A stretch of 64,000 bases of DNA from an uncultured Alphaproteobacteria bacterium (GTDB lineage: Bacteria; Pseudomonadota; Alphaproteobacteria; Micropepsales; Micropepsaceae). The position numbers and the translations under genes were made by a program. Location of the stretch: the NCBI GenBank assembly GCA_903862715.1, contig CAIOYY010000003.1, positions 1,687 through 65,686 of the forward strand, in the 5' to 3' direction. The notes under the pieces are model-generated. The model searched no databases. It had not been told where the DNA came from and was given only the letters and a program-made list of their open reading frames with translations. Of this stretch, positions 1 through 9,457 are shown piece after piece. How positions within the stretch are numbered: position 1 is the first letter of the stretch; the number at the start of each line of letters is the position of its first letter.

Positions 1-301
1 AATCCGGAATAAGCCCGACGCCGAACGTTGCGACGCCCATCACCGTCATGGTGATGAGGAAGGTGTATTTGCGCCCGACAATGTCGCCGAAGCGGCCGAA
101 GACCAGCGCCCCGAACGGACGCACCGCGAAGCCCACGGCGAATGCGAGCAGCGTGAAAATGAACCCGGCCGTCGGATTGACGCCGGAGAAGAAGGCCATG
201 TTGATATTCGCGGCGAGAGAGCCGGCGAGATAGAAATCATACCACTCGAACACCGTGCCCGCCGACGAGGCGAGAATGACCTTGCGTTCTTCTTTCGTCA
301 T
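1..301 (-). CDS. MFS transporter (metabolite:H+ symporter type), N-terminal fragment; gene continues past window start
   Basis: Reverse complement of 1-301 reads MTKEERKVILASSAGTVFEWYDFYLAGSLAANINMAFF...PFGALVFGRFGDIVGRKYTFLITM with ATG at 301-299. The G-R-x-G-D-x-x-G-R-K loop is the MFS signature. It is absent from the ORF track because there is no stop in the window. Confidence 0.8.
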   Translation of the reverse strand, partial: MTKEERKVILASSAGTVFEWYDFYLAGSLAANINMAFFSGVNPTAGFIFTLLAFAVGFAVRPFGALVFGRFGDIVGRKYTFLITMTVMGVATFGVGLIPD

Positions 302-612
302 ACGGCGCGACTTCGTTCGCGCAGTTCCCGTTTCGGCCATTTCCACCCGCCCCATTCGTTTCCCGCCCATTTCCAAGGATGAGCCTTCCCGCAGCGCAGT
401 AAAATCTGCTTTTGACGCGGGTTGGCAAAGGATCACAGCTACCGGGCGACGACAAGGCGCGACGCAGCAAGAATCCCGCCCCCGAGGGGTAGCGGCCCGG
501 GGGGGCCGCCGCTATAAGCGGCCCCGGTTTTATGCGCCCAAAGCGGGCCAACACACGCTTAGGGATATCGCGCCTGCCCCACGGGGTACGCGCTCTTCAA
601 GGGAGGGGCTTT

Positions 613-1605
613 ATGAGCCGCACGAACGTCAAACTTACGATTGCCACCACCGACTATGATCATTTCCGCGATTTCCGTACCGGCGTCGTGAATGCCGAAG
701 GCATCGACCATACTTGGCTGCTGCATGGCCATCACGAGGTGTTCGCCCGCTTCACGCTGAACCGCGAATGGGACGTTTCGGAATTGTCCTTCGCGAAATT
801 CACCACGCAGGTCACACGCGAAGATTCCGACATTATCGGCCTTCCCGTCATCTGCTCGCGTCTGTTCCGCTTCGGCTCGTTCTACATCAACAAAAAGAGC
901 GGCATCAAAACCGTGCAGGACCTCAAGGGTAAGAAGGTCGGCTCGCCGGAATGGGCGCACTCCGCCGCCGTCTACATGCGCGGCTGGATGCACAATGAGC
1001 AGGGCGTGAAGCTGCAGGACGTGCATTGGTATCAGGCCGGCGCCAACGCGCCGGGCCGCGTCGAGAAGGTCGAACTGAGCCTTCCCGAAGGCACGAAGCT
1101 GACGCGCGTCTCCGACAAGTCCTTGAGCGAAATGCTGGCGAGCGGCGAAATCGATTGCGCCATCATCGCGCGTCCGCCGACCTGCTTCCTCGAAGGCAAT
1201 CCGGACATTGTTCGCCTCTACCCGAACTTCGTCGAGATGGAGCAGGAATATTTCGAACGCACGAAAGTGTGGCCGATCATGCACATCATCGCGCTGAAGA
1301 AGCAGCTGCTCGAGACCAATCCCTGGATCGCGCGCAATCTCTACAACGCGTTCCTAGAATCGAAGAACCGCTCGGTCGAACGGATCATGGACCCGGCCGT
1401 GTCGCGTTTCCCGGTGGCGTGGCTTCCGGCCTATGCGCGCCGCATGCGCGACATGTTCGGCGACATCTTCCCCTATGGCATCGAGGAAAACCGTCCGACG
1501 CTGGAACAGCTCGCGCTCTACAGCTACCAGCAGGGCATCGCCCACAAGCACGTCAAAATCGAGGACTACTTCCCGAAGGGGATCATGACGAAGATCGTGA
1601 TCTAG
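613..1605 (+). CDS. 4,5-dihydroxyphthalate decarboxylase-like / NMT1-type binding-fold protein
   Basis: ATG at 613 lies in frame with track ORF 532..1605 and is preceded by GGGAGGGG (601-608). The product (MSRTNVKLTIATTDYDHFRDF...PIMHIIALKK...) resembles the PhtD-type decarboxylase family along its whole length, as far as I recall it. No signal peptide. Confidence 0.55.
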   Translation: MSRTNVKLTIATTDYDHFRDFRTGVVNAEGIDHTWLLHGHHEVFARFTLNREWDVSELSFAKFTTQVTREDSDIIGLPVICSRLFRFGSFYINKKSGIKTVQDLKGKKVGSPEWAHSAAVYMRGWMHNEQGVKLQDVHWYQAGANAPGRVEKVELSLPEGTKLTRVSDKSLSEMLASGEIDCAIIARPPTCFLEGNPDIVRLYPNFVEMEQEYFERTKVWPIMHIIALKKQLLETNPWIARNLYNAFLESKNRSVERIMDPAVSRFPVAWLPAYARRMRDMFGDIFPYGIEENRPTLEQLALYSYQQGIAHKHVKIEDYFPKGIMTKIVI

Positions 1606-1759
1606 GGAATTCCGACCTTACCTAATGTCGTCATGGCCCGACTTGATCGGGCCATCCAGTGCGTCCCTTAAGGACAAGAGCCTTACGCTCCTCTGGATGG
1701 CCCGCTTTTGCGGGCCATGACACATAAAGGCGACGACAGAAGATAAAAGGGAGACGGCG

Positions 1760-2626
1760 ATGCGGTTCGTGACTTTTCGGGTGAGCGGGAAAACTTCCTA
1801 TGGCGCAGTGTCGGGCGACGGCGTCGTCGATCTCGGCAAGAAGCTAGGCGCGAAATATCCCGCATTGGTCGACATCATGCGCAGCGGCGATGCCGCCCTT
1901 GCTGAAGCGCGCAGCGCCGCCAACGGCCCCGCCGATTACAAGCTCTCCGACATCAAGTTTGTGCCGCCCGTTCCAGGCGGCGAGAAGATCGTCTGCGTCG
2001 GCATCAATTACCCGGAGCGCGCGGAAGAATACAAAGACAACCGAGAGAAGCCGAAATATCCGAATCTGTTCATGCGCGTGCCCGGCTCGATCGTCGGCCA
2101 CAATGAAGCGATCTTACGCCCGACGGTTTCCGAACAGTTCGATTACGAGGGCGAGATCGTCCTCGTGATCGGCAAAAAGGGCCGCAACATTTCGCGCGAG
2201 ACGGCGCTGGACCATGTGTTCGGCATGACGCTCGGCAATGAAGGCTCCGTCCGCGACTGGCTGCGCCATGGCACGCTGAATGTGACGCAAGGCAAGAATT
2301 TCGACGATTCCGGTTCTATGGGTCCGTGGGTCGTGACCAAGGACGAAGCGAACCCCTTCGCCAAACTGCGTTTGATGACGCGCGTGAATGGCGAATTGCG
2401 CCAGGACGATACGACGGATCGCCTGACCTGGGATTTCGCGGAGCTGGTCCGCTACCTCTCGATGTTCATGACGCTGAAGCCCGGCGACATGATTTTCACC
2501 GGCACGCCGGTCGGCGCGGGCGGACATCAGAACCCGAAGAAGTGGCTCGTGCCCGGCGATGTGGTGGAAGTCGAGGTCGCCGAGATCGGCGTCCTGAAAA
2601 ACCACGTCGAGGACTACAAGCCGTAA
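1760..2626 (+). CDS. Fumarylacetoacetate hydrolase (FAH) family protein
   Basis: 288-aa ORF preceded by AAGGGAGA. Carries FAH-family blocks (KIVCVGINYPERAEE, FDYEGEIVLVIGKKG, PGDMIFTGTPVGAG). Confidence 0.85.
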   Translation: MRFVTFRVSGKTSYGAVSGDGVVDLGKKLGAKYPALVDIMRSGDAALAEARSAANGPADYKLSDIKFVPPVPGGEKIVCVGINYPERAEEYKDNREKPKYPNLFMRVPGSIVGHNEAILRPTVSEQFDYEGEIVLVIGKKGRNISRETALDHVFGMTLGNEGSVRDWLRHGTLNVTQGKNFDDSGSMGPWVVTKDEANPFAKLRLMTRVNGELRQDDTTDRLTWDFAELVRYLSMFMTLKPGDMIFTGTPVGAGGHQNPKKWLVPGDVVEVEVAEIGVLKNHVEDYKP

Positions 2627-2644
2627 GGCAACATTCGCGGTCCT

Positions 2645-2745
2645 TCACCTCCCCTTGGCGGGGAGGTCGAAGCGCGGCACGCGCTTCGGGATTTCGCGCG
2701 CCCCTCCGCGCTTCGCGCACCTCCCCCGCAAGCGGGGGAGAAAAG
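2645..2745. repeat. Intergenic hairpin repeats, CTCCCC-loop-GGGGAG family (2 copies)
   Basis: cacctcccc-ttggc-ggggaggtc followed by cacctccccc-gcaagc-gggggag. The same stem sequence recurs at 5150-5345 and 14190-14335. Confidence 0.75.
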
Positions 2746-2779
2746 TATCGGGCGGCGTCCCTAAGTTTTCCGCTTTCCC

Positions 2780-2809
2780 AAAAACATACCGACCGGTCGG
2801 TATGTTTTT
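2780..2809. terminator. Perfect 30-nt palindrome flanked by A5/T5; candidate bidirectional terminator (alternatively an operator)
   Basis: AAAAACATACCGACC|GGTCGGTATGTTTTT lies between the convergent genes ending at 2626 (+) and 3039 (-). Its right half-site recurs imperfectly at about 2936-2955 (accgaccgtccggtatgtttt). Confidence 0.5.
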
Positions 2810-3038
2810 CTGAACGCCGCTGCGGATACCCACAGACGGGGCGGAGCGCCGTTTCTGGCCAAGCCTTTTATCGCACATTGTTTTTGGCGAAGCCGCAGGG
2901 GCGCTGTGTTGCCGGTTTACCGCAAACGGTAAAACCGACCGTCCGGTATGTTTTGCGGACGCTCGAGCGCGGGCGGAAATTTTCGACGATAAAGAATTCA
3001 GCCCCGCGTTTTCGAAAAGATCAAGTCCGCGGCTGCTG

Positions 3039-3614
3039 TCACAGCGGGCGGATATCGACTCTTCGAAACTTCACCACGCCCGCCGCATATTGCAGCGTGA
3101 AGGGACCCGCGGGATGCAGGCTGTCATGCACGTCGGCGGTGACTTCGCCGTTCAGCGTCACCGCGAGATGATCGCCCTCGACGCGGATTTCATAGGTGTT
3201 CCATTGGCCACCCGCCTTCGGCATATTTTCGATCGGCGACACATTGACGATGGCGCCGGTGCCGTAAGTCGGGTCTTCGCGCGTGTCGTAGATATTCACT
3301 TCGTAGCAGCTGTCCGCGCCCGGCATCGCGGGATCGTCGCAGCGCAAGAAAAGACCGCTGTTCGCGGGCTCATCGACCCAGAATTCGGCGATGAGTTCAA
3401 AATCCTCATAGGACTCGTTCGACATGAGATGGCCGGTACCGCCATCGGCGACCGCCATGCCGTCTTCGATGCGCCAGTTGGGATCACCCACGATGTGCCA
3501 TTGATCGAGGTCGCCGTCGATCAGCGAAACCCAGCCATCATCATCGGTGCAGGCCGAAAGCGAGAGAGAAGAGAGCGCAAGGACGCTTGCAAGCAGGACG
3601 GAGTGACGATTCAT
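3039..3614 (-). CDS. DUF1080 (3-keto-disaccharide hydrolase-like) lipoprotein
   Basis: Signal peptide with lipobox LSLSAC. Body pattern GHLMSNESYEDFELIAEFWVD..NSGLFLR...YEVNIYD...GTGAIVN...GQWNTYEIRVEGDHLAVTLNG is typical of DUF1080. Confidence 0.7.
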   Translation of the reverse strand: MNRHSVLLASVLALSSLSLSACTDDDGWVSLIDGDLDQWHIVGDPNWRIEDGMAVADGGTGHLMSNESYEDFELIAEFWVDEPANSGLFLRCDDPAMPGADSCYEVNIYDTREDPTYGTGAIVNVSPIENMPKAGGQWNTYEIRVEGDHLAVTLNGEVTADVHDSLHPAGPFTLQYAAGVVKFRRVDIRPL

Positions 3615-3676
3615 GACGAATTCCTCCCGATGTTTTCTGTTTTGCCCTAGTCAGCCTTTGATAGAAAGAATGGGTG

Positions 3677-3747
3677 CCTCGCCCTTCGACAGGCTCAGGG
3701 CGAGGTCACATATCGTCCTCACACTTCGACGAGCTCAGTGTGAGGAC
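3677..3747. repeat. Two tandem hairpins with conserved loop TTCGACRRGCTCA (second intergenic repeat family)
   Basis: cctcgccc-ttcgacaggctca-gggcgagg and gtcctcacac-ttcgacgagctca-gtgtgaggac. A third copy lies at 14394-14418 (caccc-ttcgacaagctca-gggtg). Confidence 0.7.
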
Positions 3748-3765
3748 GACATGGAGTATGCGTTT

Positions 3766-4983
3766 TTATTCCTTCGGCAATTCGCCCTTGTAGTCCTTGT
3801 CGTAATATTCGGGCTTCATGCGCACGGGCGTGCCTTCTTTCGCCAGCTGCGCTTCCCATTGCGTTTTCACGGCCGGATCTTCCATCCAATAGGGAATAGC
3901 GGAGCCGCCTTCCGGAATATCCATGCCGGTATAGTCGATGTGCTTCTCGCCCGGAGGACCCGGTTCGCGACCCGGATTCCACGGACCGAACCACGCCATC
4001 AGGCGCAGCGGATCTTTTGATACGCCGAAATGCTGGTGGAACCAGCGCGCGCCACCGGGCGCCGCCGAGATCATGCCAACGGGTTCGTAGTCGATGCGGC
4101 GGATCTTGTCTTCGTGACCGTCTTTCCACGGCGTCGTGCCGAGATATTCCGGCCAGGTGTGGGTGTAGCCCTTGCCTTTGATGCAGATGAGCACGGCGGC
4201 GGAGGTGTGGGCATGCGCCTTGGAATAGCGCCCCGTCTCGTGCTGGCCGATCCAGAAATAAAAGGTGTTGTTGGTCATGAAGGGTTCGACGCGGCGAAAG
4301 CCCGGCGAACGGCGATTGTCCAAAGGCAGATCGCAATTGACCGCATCGGGAATGAAATTCGTGCGGCGCATCGCGAGACCACGCACGGGATCGGGCTCCA
4401 CGTCATCCTTGTATTTGTAATAATCCTCGGCGCTGGAGAAGCGGTCGCGGAACACCATCGGGCAATTGAAGATGGCGTCGACGCTTTGCAGCGTGTTCAT
4501 GATGATCGGCGCGGTCGTGCCGCCGAGCAGCACGGCGGGGGCGGAGCTGGCATTGACGATGCGGTGATAGGCATTCATCGGGATGGAGAACAGCGAACCC
4601 TTCTGCCATTCGAAGACGTGTTTTTTGGTGTCGCCTTCCTGCCAGACCTCGGTGGTGCCGCGGCCTTCGACGACGAAATAAAGCTCTTCGTAGAGATGCT
4701 TTTCCGGGTTCAGCTCGCCGCGCGGCGGGACCTCGACCAGATAGCAGCCCCATTTGGATTCGGTGCCGTGCAGCTGGATGTAGGTGCCGCGTCCGCCTTT
4801 GCGCTTCCAAGGCTCCATCGGAAGATTAAGCACATTGCCGATGCCGATATCGCGGAAGCAGGGGATGCCTTCCGAGTCCATGAACTCGTCATAGGGGGTC
4901 TTCACGCGGCCCCATTTTCCGAAGCCGGCGCGCTTGCCCGCCGTGGGTTCATGCCAATGGGTTTTACTGGTGACGTCATGCAC
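3766..4983 (-). CDS. Bicupin protein of unknown specificity (paralogue A)
   Basis: 405-aa ORF. The C-terminal cupin carries KAHAHTSAAVLICIKGKG and WFHQHF. It is a tandem paralogue of 5374..6591. Confidence 0.7.
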   Translation of the reverse strand: MHDVTSKTHWHEPTAGKRAGFGKWGRVKTPYDEFMDSEGIPCFRDIGIGNVLNLPMEPWKRKGGRGTYIQLHGTESKWGCYLVEVPPRGELNPEKHLYEELYFVVEGRGTTEVWQEGDTKKHVFEWQKGSLFSIPMNAYHRIVNASSAPAVLLGGTTAPIIMNTLQSVDAIFNCPMVFRDRFSSAEDYYKYKDDVEPDPVRGLAMRRTNFIPDAVNCDLPLDNRRSPGFRRVEPFMTNNTFYFWIGQHETGRYSKAHAHTSAAVLICIKGKGYTHTWPEYLGTTPWKDGHEDKIRRIDYEPVGMISAAPGGARWFHQHFGVSKDPLRLMAWFGPWNPGREPGPPGEKHIDYTGMDIPEGGSAIPYWMEDPAVKTQWEAQLAKEGTPVRMKPEYYDKDYKGELPKE

Positions 4984-5149
4984 GGTGCGAACTCCCCTTG
5001 ATCTTACTATTTGCGATTTGCGCCAGTTTAGGGGGCGAGGTCCAGAGGAGAAAGGGGCGTTAGCCCCATTTTGGGCACTAGGCGCACAAAAGGAGTGGTT
5101 CCGGAGGACTGCGGGGAGGCGTGGCAGCCCCCCTCCGTCACGCTGAAGC

Positions 5150-5345
5150 CTGACACCTCCCCCGCAAGGCTGGGGAGGAAACCAAAGGCATCACCTCCCC
5201 TTCATGGGGAGGTCAAAGTGCGGACCCCGGACTTGATCCGGCGGACGCCCTTCGGGTGGGGAGCGGGTTGCATGATTGAACTTCCCCGCCCGTCGCTTCG
5301 TTGCGATGCGCCGAAGCGTCGGCCTCCCCACAAGGGGGAGGCGAT
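5150..5345. repeat. Three CTCCCC-loop-GGGGAG hairpin repeats between the bicupin paralogues
   Basis: cctcccc-cgcaaggct-ggggagg (5157-5178), cctcccc-ttcat-ggggagg (5194-5212) and gcctcccc-acaag-ggggaggc (5322-5342). ggggaggtcaaagtgcgg parallels ggggaggtcgaagcgcgg at 2660. Confidence 0.75.
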
Positions 5346-5373
5346 CACGGGGGAATGCGCGAAGGGCTTCCGC

Positions 5374-6591
5374 TTATTCCTGCGGCAGCTCGCCCTTGTA
5401 GTCCTTGTCGTAATATTCGGAGCGCATGCGGTTGGTGACGCCATTGGCATCGAGCGCAGCTTCGAAATCGGCTTTCACCTGCGGGTCTTCCATCCAATAG
5501 GGGATGTTGGTGCCGCCCTCATGGATATCCATGCCGGTGTAATCGAAATGCTTGGAGCCGGGCGGGCCGGGCTCGCGGCCCGGATTCCAAGGACCGAACC
5601 ACGCCATCAGGCGTAAGGGATCTTTGGAGACACCGAAATGCTGGTGATACCAGCGCGCGCCGCCGGGCGCCGCCGATACGATGCCGACGGGTTCGTAATC
5701 GACGCGCTTGATCTTGTCCTCGTGGCCATCTTTCCACGGCGTTACGCCGAGATGCTCCGGCCAGGTATGCGTGTAGCCCTTGCCTTTGACGCAGATGAGG
5801 ACGGCGGCGGAGGTGTGCGCGTGGGCTTTGGAATAACGTCCCGTCTCGTGCTGGCCGATCCAGAAATAGAAGGTGTTGTTGGTCATGAAGGGTTCGACGC
5901 GGCGATAGCCGGGCGAACGGCGGTTATCGAGCGGCAATTCGCAATTCACGACATCGGGCACGAAATTGGTACGGCGCATGGCAAGGCCGCGCACGGGATC
6001 GGGTTCGATATCGTCCTTGTATTTGTAATAGTCGTCGCCGCCCGAGAAACGGTCGCGGAACACCATCGGGCAATTGAAAACGGCATCGACGCTTTGCAGC
6101 GTGTTCATCACGATCGGCGCGGTGGTGCCCGCGAGCAGCAGGGCCGGCGCGGAGCTGGCGTTGACGATGCGGTGCCAGGCATTCATCGGGATGGAGAAGA
6201 TCGAACCTTCCTGCCATTCGAAGATGTGTTTCTTCTTGTCGCCTTCGATCCAGACTTCCGTCGAACCGCGTCCCTCGACGACGTAATAAATTTTTTCGAA
6301 GAGATGCTTTTCCGGATTCAGCGCGCCCGCGCCCGGAACCTCGACGACATAACCGCCCCATTTGGTTTCGGTGCCGTGCAGCTGAATGTAGCTGCCGCGC
6401 CCGCCGGTGCGTTTCCACGGGACGAGGGGCAGATTCTGCACCTTCGAAATTCCGATATCGCGGAAGCAGGGAATGCCCTCGGATTCCATGAATTCGTCAT
6501 AAGGCGTTTTGACGCGGCCCCATTGCCCGAAACCGGCGCGCTTGCCTGCCGTCGGTTCATGCCAATGGGTTTTGCTGGTCACGTCGTGCAC
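5374..6591 (-). CDS. Bicupin protein of unknown specificity (paralogue B)
   Basis: 405-aa ORF, the same length as paralogue A. By hand count, 53 of the first 60 residues are identical to A. Confidence 0.7.
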   Translation of the reverse strand: MHDVTSKTHWHEPTAGKRAGFGQWGRVKTPYDEFMESEGIPCFRDIGISKVQNLPLVPWKRTGGRGSYIQLHGTETKWGGYVVEVPGAGALNPEKHLFEKIYYVVEGRGSTEVWIEGDKKKHIFEWQEGSIFSIPMNAWHRIVNASSAPALLLAGTTAPIVMNTLQSVDAVFNCPMVFRDRFSGGDDYYKYKDDIEPDPVRGLAMRRTNFVPDVVNCELPLDNRRSPGYRRVEPFMTNNTFYFWIGQHETGRYSKAHAHTSAAVLICVKGKGYTHTWPEHLGVTPWKDGHEDKIKRVDYEPVGIVSAAPGGARWYHQHFGVSKDPLRLMAWFGPWNPGREPGPPGSKHFDYTGMDIHEGGTNIPYWMEDPQVKADFEAALDANGVTNRMRSEYYDKDYKGELPQE

Positions 6592-6792
6592 GCCGATTAC
6601 TCCTATGCCACGGGCAGATTTTTGGGGGTGGCTTAGACCCCCTTGCCCCCCTTGGCAAGAAGAACGAACACTTCGTGCGTTGTGCGCACGAAAGCCCCTA
6701 GCCCCAGCGGATTTCAGCCATTAGTGTGCCGCTCCCACCGCCCCGCGACACGCGGGGAAGAACGCCAACATGACGCCCGGGATGGAACGCCA

Positions 6793-7542
6793 ATGAGTGC
6801 TCTCGACACGCTTTTGAACGACCTGATTATCGCCAACAAGGTTCTCGCCAAGGAAGAGATTGTGGACGCCTATGGCCACATCTCCGTGCGCCACCCGGAC
6901 AAGCCGAACCATTTCTTTCTCGCGCGCTCGCTGGCCCCGGAACTGATCACCCGCGACGACATTGTCGAGCATGATCTGGAATGCAATTCGGTCAATGGCG
7001 ACAGCCGCCCGCTCTATCTCGAGCGTTTCATTCATGGCGCGATTTTCGAAGCGCGTCCGGATGTGAACGTCGTCGTGCACGCCCATGCCGAAGATATCCT
7101 TCCCTTCGGCATCGCAAACGGCACGCCGCTTCGCCCCGTGATCCATTCGGGAAGCTTCATCGGCGCGAATGTTCCGGTGTGGGATATCGCCGACACGTTC
7201 GGCGACACCAATGTGCTTGTCGCCAATATGGCGCAAGGCCGCGACCTGGCGAAAACCCTCGCCGGAAACAATGTGGCGCTGATGCGCGGCCATGGTTTCG
7301 CTTCCACGGGACGTTCGATCATCGAAGGCGTGCGCATGGCGGTGTTCCTGCCGCGCAACGCGCGCGCGCTGATGAAGGCGAAGATGCTGGGCGGCGACAT
7401 CAAATATCTAAGCCAGGGCGAAATCGACGGGCGCAACAAGGGCTACAGCCCCTATTCGCCGGAAACATGGCGCACCTGGGAATACTGGGCGAACAAATGC
7501 GGCTGCGGCCACATGCTGTCCAAGCCCGACGACAAGAAATAA
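6793..7542 (+). CDS. Class II aldolase/adducin family protein
   Basis: ATG at 6793 in frame with track ORF 6643..7542. Family blocks present: GHISVRHPDKPNHFFLA, VVVHAHAEDILPFG, ALMRGHGFASTGRS. Confidence 0.8.
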   Translation: MSALDTLLNDLIIANKVLAKEEIVDAYGHISVRHPDKPNHFFLARSLAPELITRDDIVEHDLECNSVNGDSRPLYLERFIHGAIFEARPDVNVVVHAHAEDILPFGIANGTPLRPVIHSGSFIGANVPVWDIADTFGDTNVLVANMAQGRDLAKTLAGNNVALMRGHGFASTGRSIIEGVRMAVFLPRNARALMKAKMLGGDIKYLSQGEIDGRNKGYSPYSPETWRTWEYWANKCGCGHMLSKPDDKK

Positions 7543-7557
7543 GCGGGCAGCCCGATC

Positions 7558-8403
7558 ATGAGACTTGCGAGTTATACCGCCAACGGAAAGGCGCGCTTCG
7601 GCGTCGTCACCGATCATGGCGTCATCGACATGAATGAGCGCCTTAACGGGCGCTACGATTCCTTGAAGGCGGTCATCGCCGGAGGCGCGCTGGACGAGGT
7701 CCGCCGCGCCGCGCAAGGCGTGAGGCCCGACCACGATCTGAAGAGCATCGATTTCCTTCCCGTCATTCCCAATCCGGGCAAAATTCTCTGCGTCGGAATC
7801 AACTACAAGGCGCATGCTGCGGAATCGGGGCATGCGGTGGCCGCAAAGCCGAACATCTTCACGAAGTTCACGGACACGATGATCGGCCATGACGGCAATA
7901 TGCTGCGTCCGAAGATTTCGGAAGAATTCGATTTCGAAGGCGAGCTGGCGCTCGTGATCGGCAAACCCGGCCGTTACATCAAGGCCGAGAACGCGCTCTC
8001 CCATGTCGCGGGTTACACCTGTTTCTGCGAGACCAGCGTGCGCGATTTCATCAAGGCCTCATTGGTGACGGGCAAGAATTTTCCCGCCTGTTCACCCCTC
8101 GGACCGTGGATGGTGACGACCGACGAAATTCCCGATCCGTCGAAACTGACGCTGGTGACGCGATTGAACGGCGTCGAGATGCAGCGTTCGGGCACCGACA
8201 TGCTGATTCATAGTGTGCCGGAACTGATCGCCTATATGTCGAACTTCACGCCGCTCGCCGCGGGCGACATCATTTCGACCGGTACGCCGGAAGGCATCGG
8301 CGCGAAGCGCACGCCGCCGGTGTGGATGAAGAACGGCGACGTGCTCGAAGTGGAAATATCCCATATCGGCACCGTGCGCGGCCATGTGGTGGACGAGAAG
8401 TAG
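7558..8403 (+). CDS. FAH family protein (second copy)
   Basis: 281 aa with KILCVGINYKAHAAE, FDFEGELALVIGKPG and AGDIISTGTPEGIG. Paralogue of 1760..2626. Confidence 0.85.
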   Translation: MRLASYTANGKARFGVVTDHGVIDMNERLNGRYDSLKAVIAGGALDEVRRAAQGVRPDHDLKSIDFLPVIPNPGKILCVGINYKAHAAESGHAVAAKPNIFTKFTDTMIGHDGNMLRPKISEEFDFEGELALVIGKPGRYIKAENALSHVAGYTCFCETSVRDFIKASLVTGKNFPACSPLGPWMVTTDEIPDPSKLTLVTRLNGVEMQRSGTDMLIHSVPELIAYMSNFTPLAAGDIISTGTPEGIGAKRTPPVWMKNGDVLEVEISHIGTVRGHVVDEK

Positions 8404-8635
8404 GACTTCCGCCTACTGGCAGACACCGATTGGGGCCACGTAATCCCGGGCGCGCGTCGCTTCGGGATTACCGTCTGCGAGCCCCGCATTGATGACCGCC
8501 ATGGCGGCGCTGAATGCGTTTCAAACATATGCATGTGCATGTTTGCAGCGCACAATGCGAAGACGCCGCTTCGCGTCGATGGACGCGTGTTCGATAGGCT
8601 GCTAAATTTCCGCTCGTATAAAGGGGAAACGTACA

Positions 8636-9343
8636 ATGCTGACGACACCGTTTCGTCTGGCTGTGGCGGGTATCGCCGTAACCGGAATCGCGTTGTGGTC
8701 GATGCAGCTTCTCGACACCGAAGCGCCGCCGTCTGGCCCGGGTGAGACTGACGTCGCCGCGATGGAAGCTTATGCCGCACAGGCCGCGGCCGAACAGGAC
8801 GCCGCGCGCGATGCGCTGGCGATGGGAAAATGGCCGGCGTTAAGCGCCGATCCGGGCTCCCCCGTTCTCGGCAACACAGACGGCGATGTCGTCATCGTCG
8901 AGTTCACCGATTACACCTGCACCTTTTGCAAGGCGGTGGAGCCACGGCTGCGTGAAGCGGTGGCCGCGGATGGCCGCGTGAAATTCGTCATCAAGGAATT
9001 TCCCATTCTGACGCCGGAATCGCTGATCGCCGCGAAAGCGGCGCTGGCCTCGGTCAACCAGGGCAAGTACGAGGCCTACCATCAGATCATGATGGATTTT
9101 CGCGGGACGCTGGACGAGGCGGCGATCTTCGAGATGGCGGCGCGCGTGGGCCTTGATGTGGCGCAATTGCAAAGCGACATGGCAGCAAGCGGCATCACCG
9201 ATCAGATCATCGCCAATTTCAATCTGGCGCGGGGCATACGCATTTTCCAGACGCCGACCTTTCTGATCGACGGCCATATCGTTACCGGGCCTTCAGCCGA
9301 GATCGATTTTCCCGCAGCCTTTGCGGCGGCGCGCGAGGGCTAA
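8636..9343 (+). CDS. DsbA-family thiol:disulfide oxidoreductase, membrane-anchored or secreted
   Basis: N-terminal hydrophobic segment. Thioredoxin-type CxxC in FTDYTCTFCKAVEP. C-terminal QTPTFLIDGH. Confidence 0.8.
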   Translation: MLTTPFRLAVAGIAVTGIALWSMQLLDTEAPPSGPGETDVAAMEAYAAQAAAEQDAARDALAMGKWPALSADPGSPVLGNTDGDVVIVEFTDYTCTFCKAVEPRLREAVAADGRVKFVIKEFPILTPESLIAAKAALASVNQGKYEAYHQIMMDFRGTLDEAAIFEMAARVGLDVAQLQSDMAASGITDQIIANFNLARGIRIFQTPTFLIDGHIVTGPSAEIDFPAAFAAAREG

Positions 9344-9457
9344 GCGCGCGCCTGTCGTTTATTGCGGAGCAACATCATGCGCCTTGGCCTTCGCCCCGTT
9401 GCCTAAGGCGGATCAACATGGGCAACATGCGCCCGCGTTTCTCGCCTGCAGGGGCAC

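Noticed and set aside
2645-5345. The repeated CTCCCC...GGGGAG units as a possible CRISPR array
   Set aside because: The copies are short hairpins with variable loops, irregular spacing and dispersed locations, and no cas genes are present. This is REP-like, not CRISPR.
4030-6636. Plus-strand ORFs 4030..5001 and 5638..6636 (323 and 332 aa), which look like a duplicated gene pair
   Set aside because: They are similar to each other only because they are antisense to the duplicated bicupin genes. Their composition is shadow-ORF-like.
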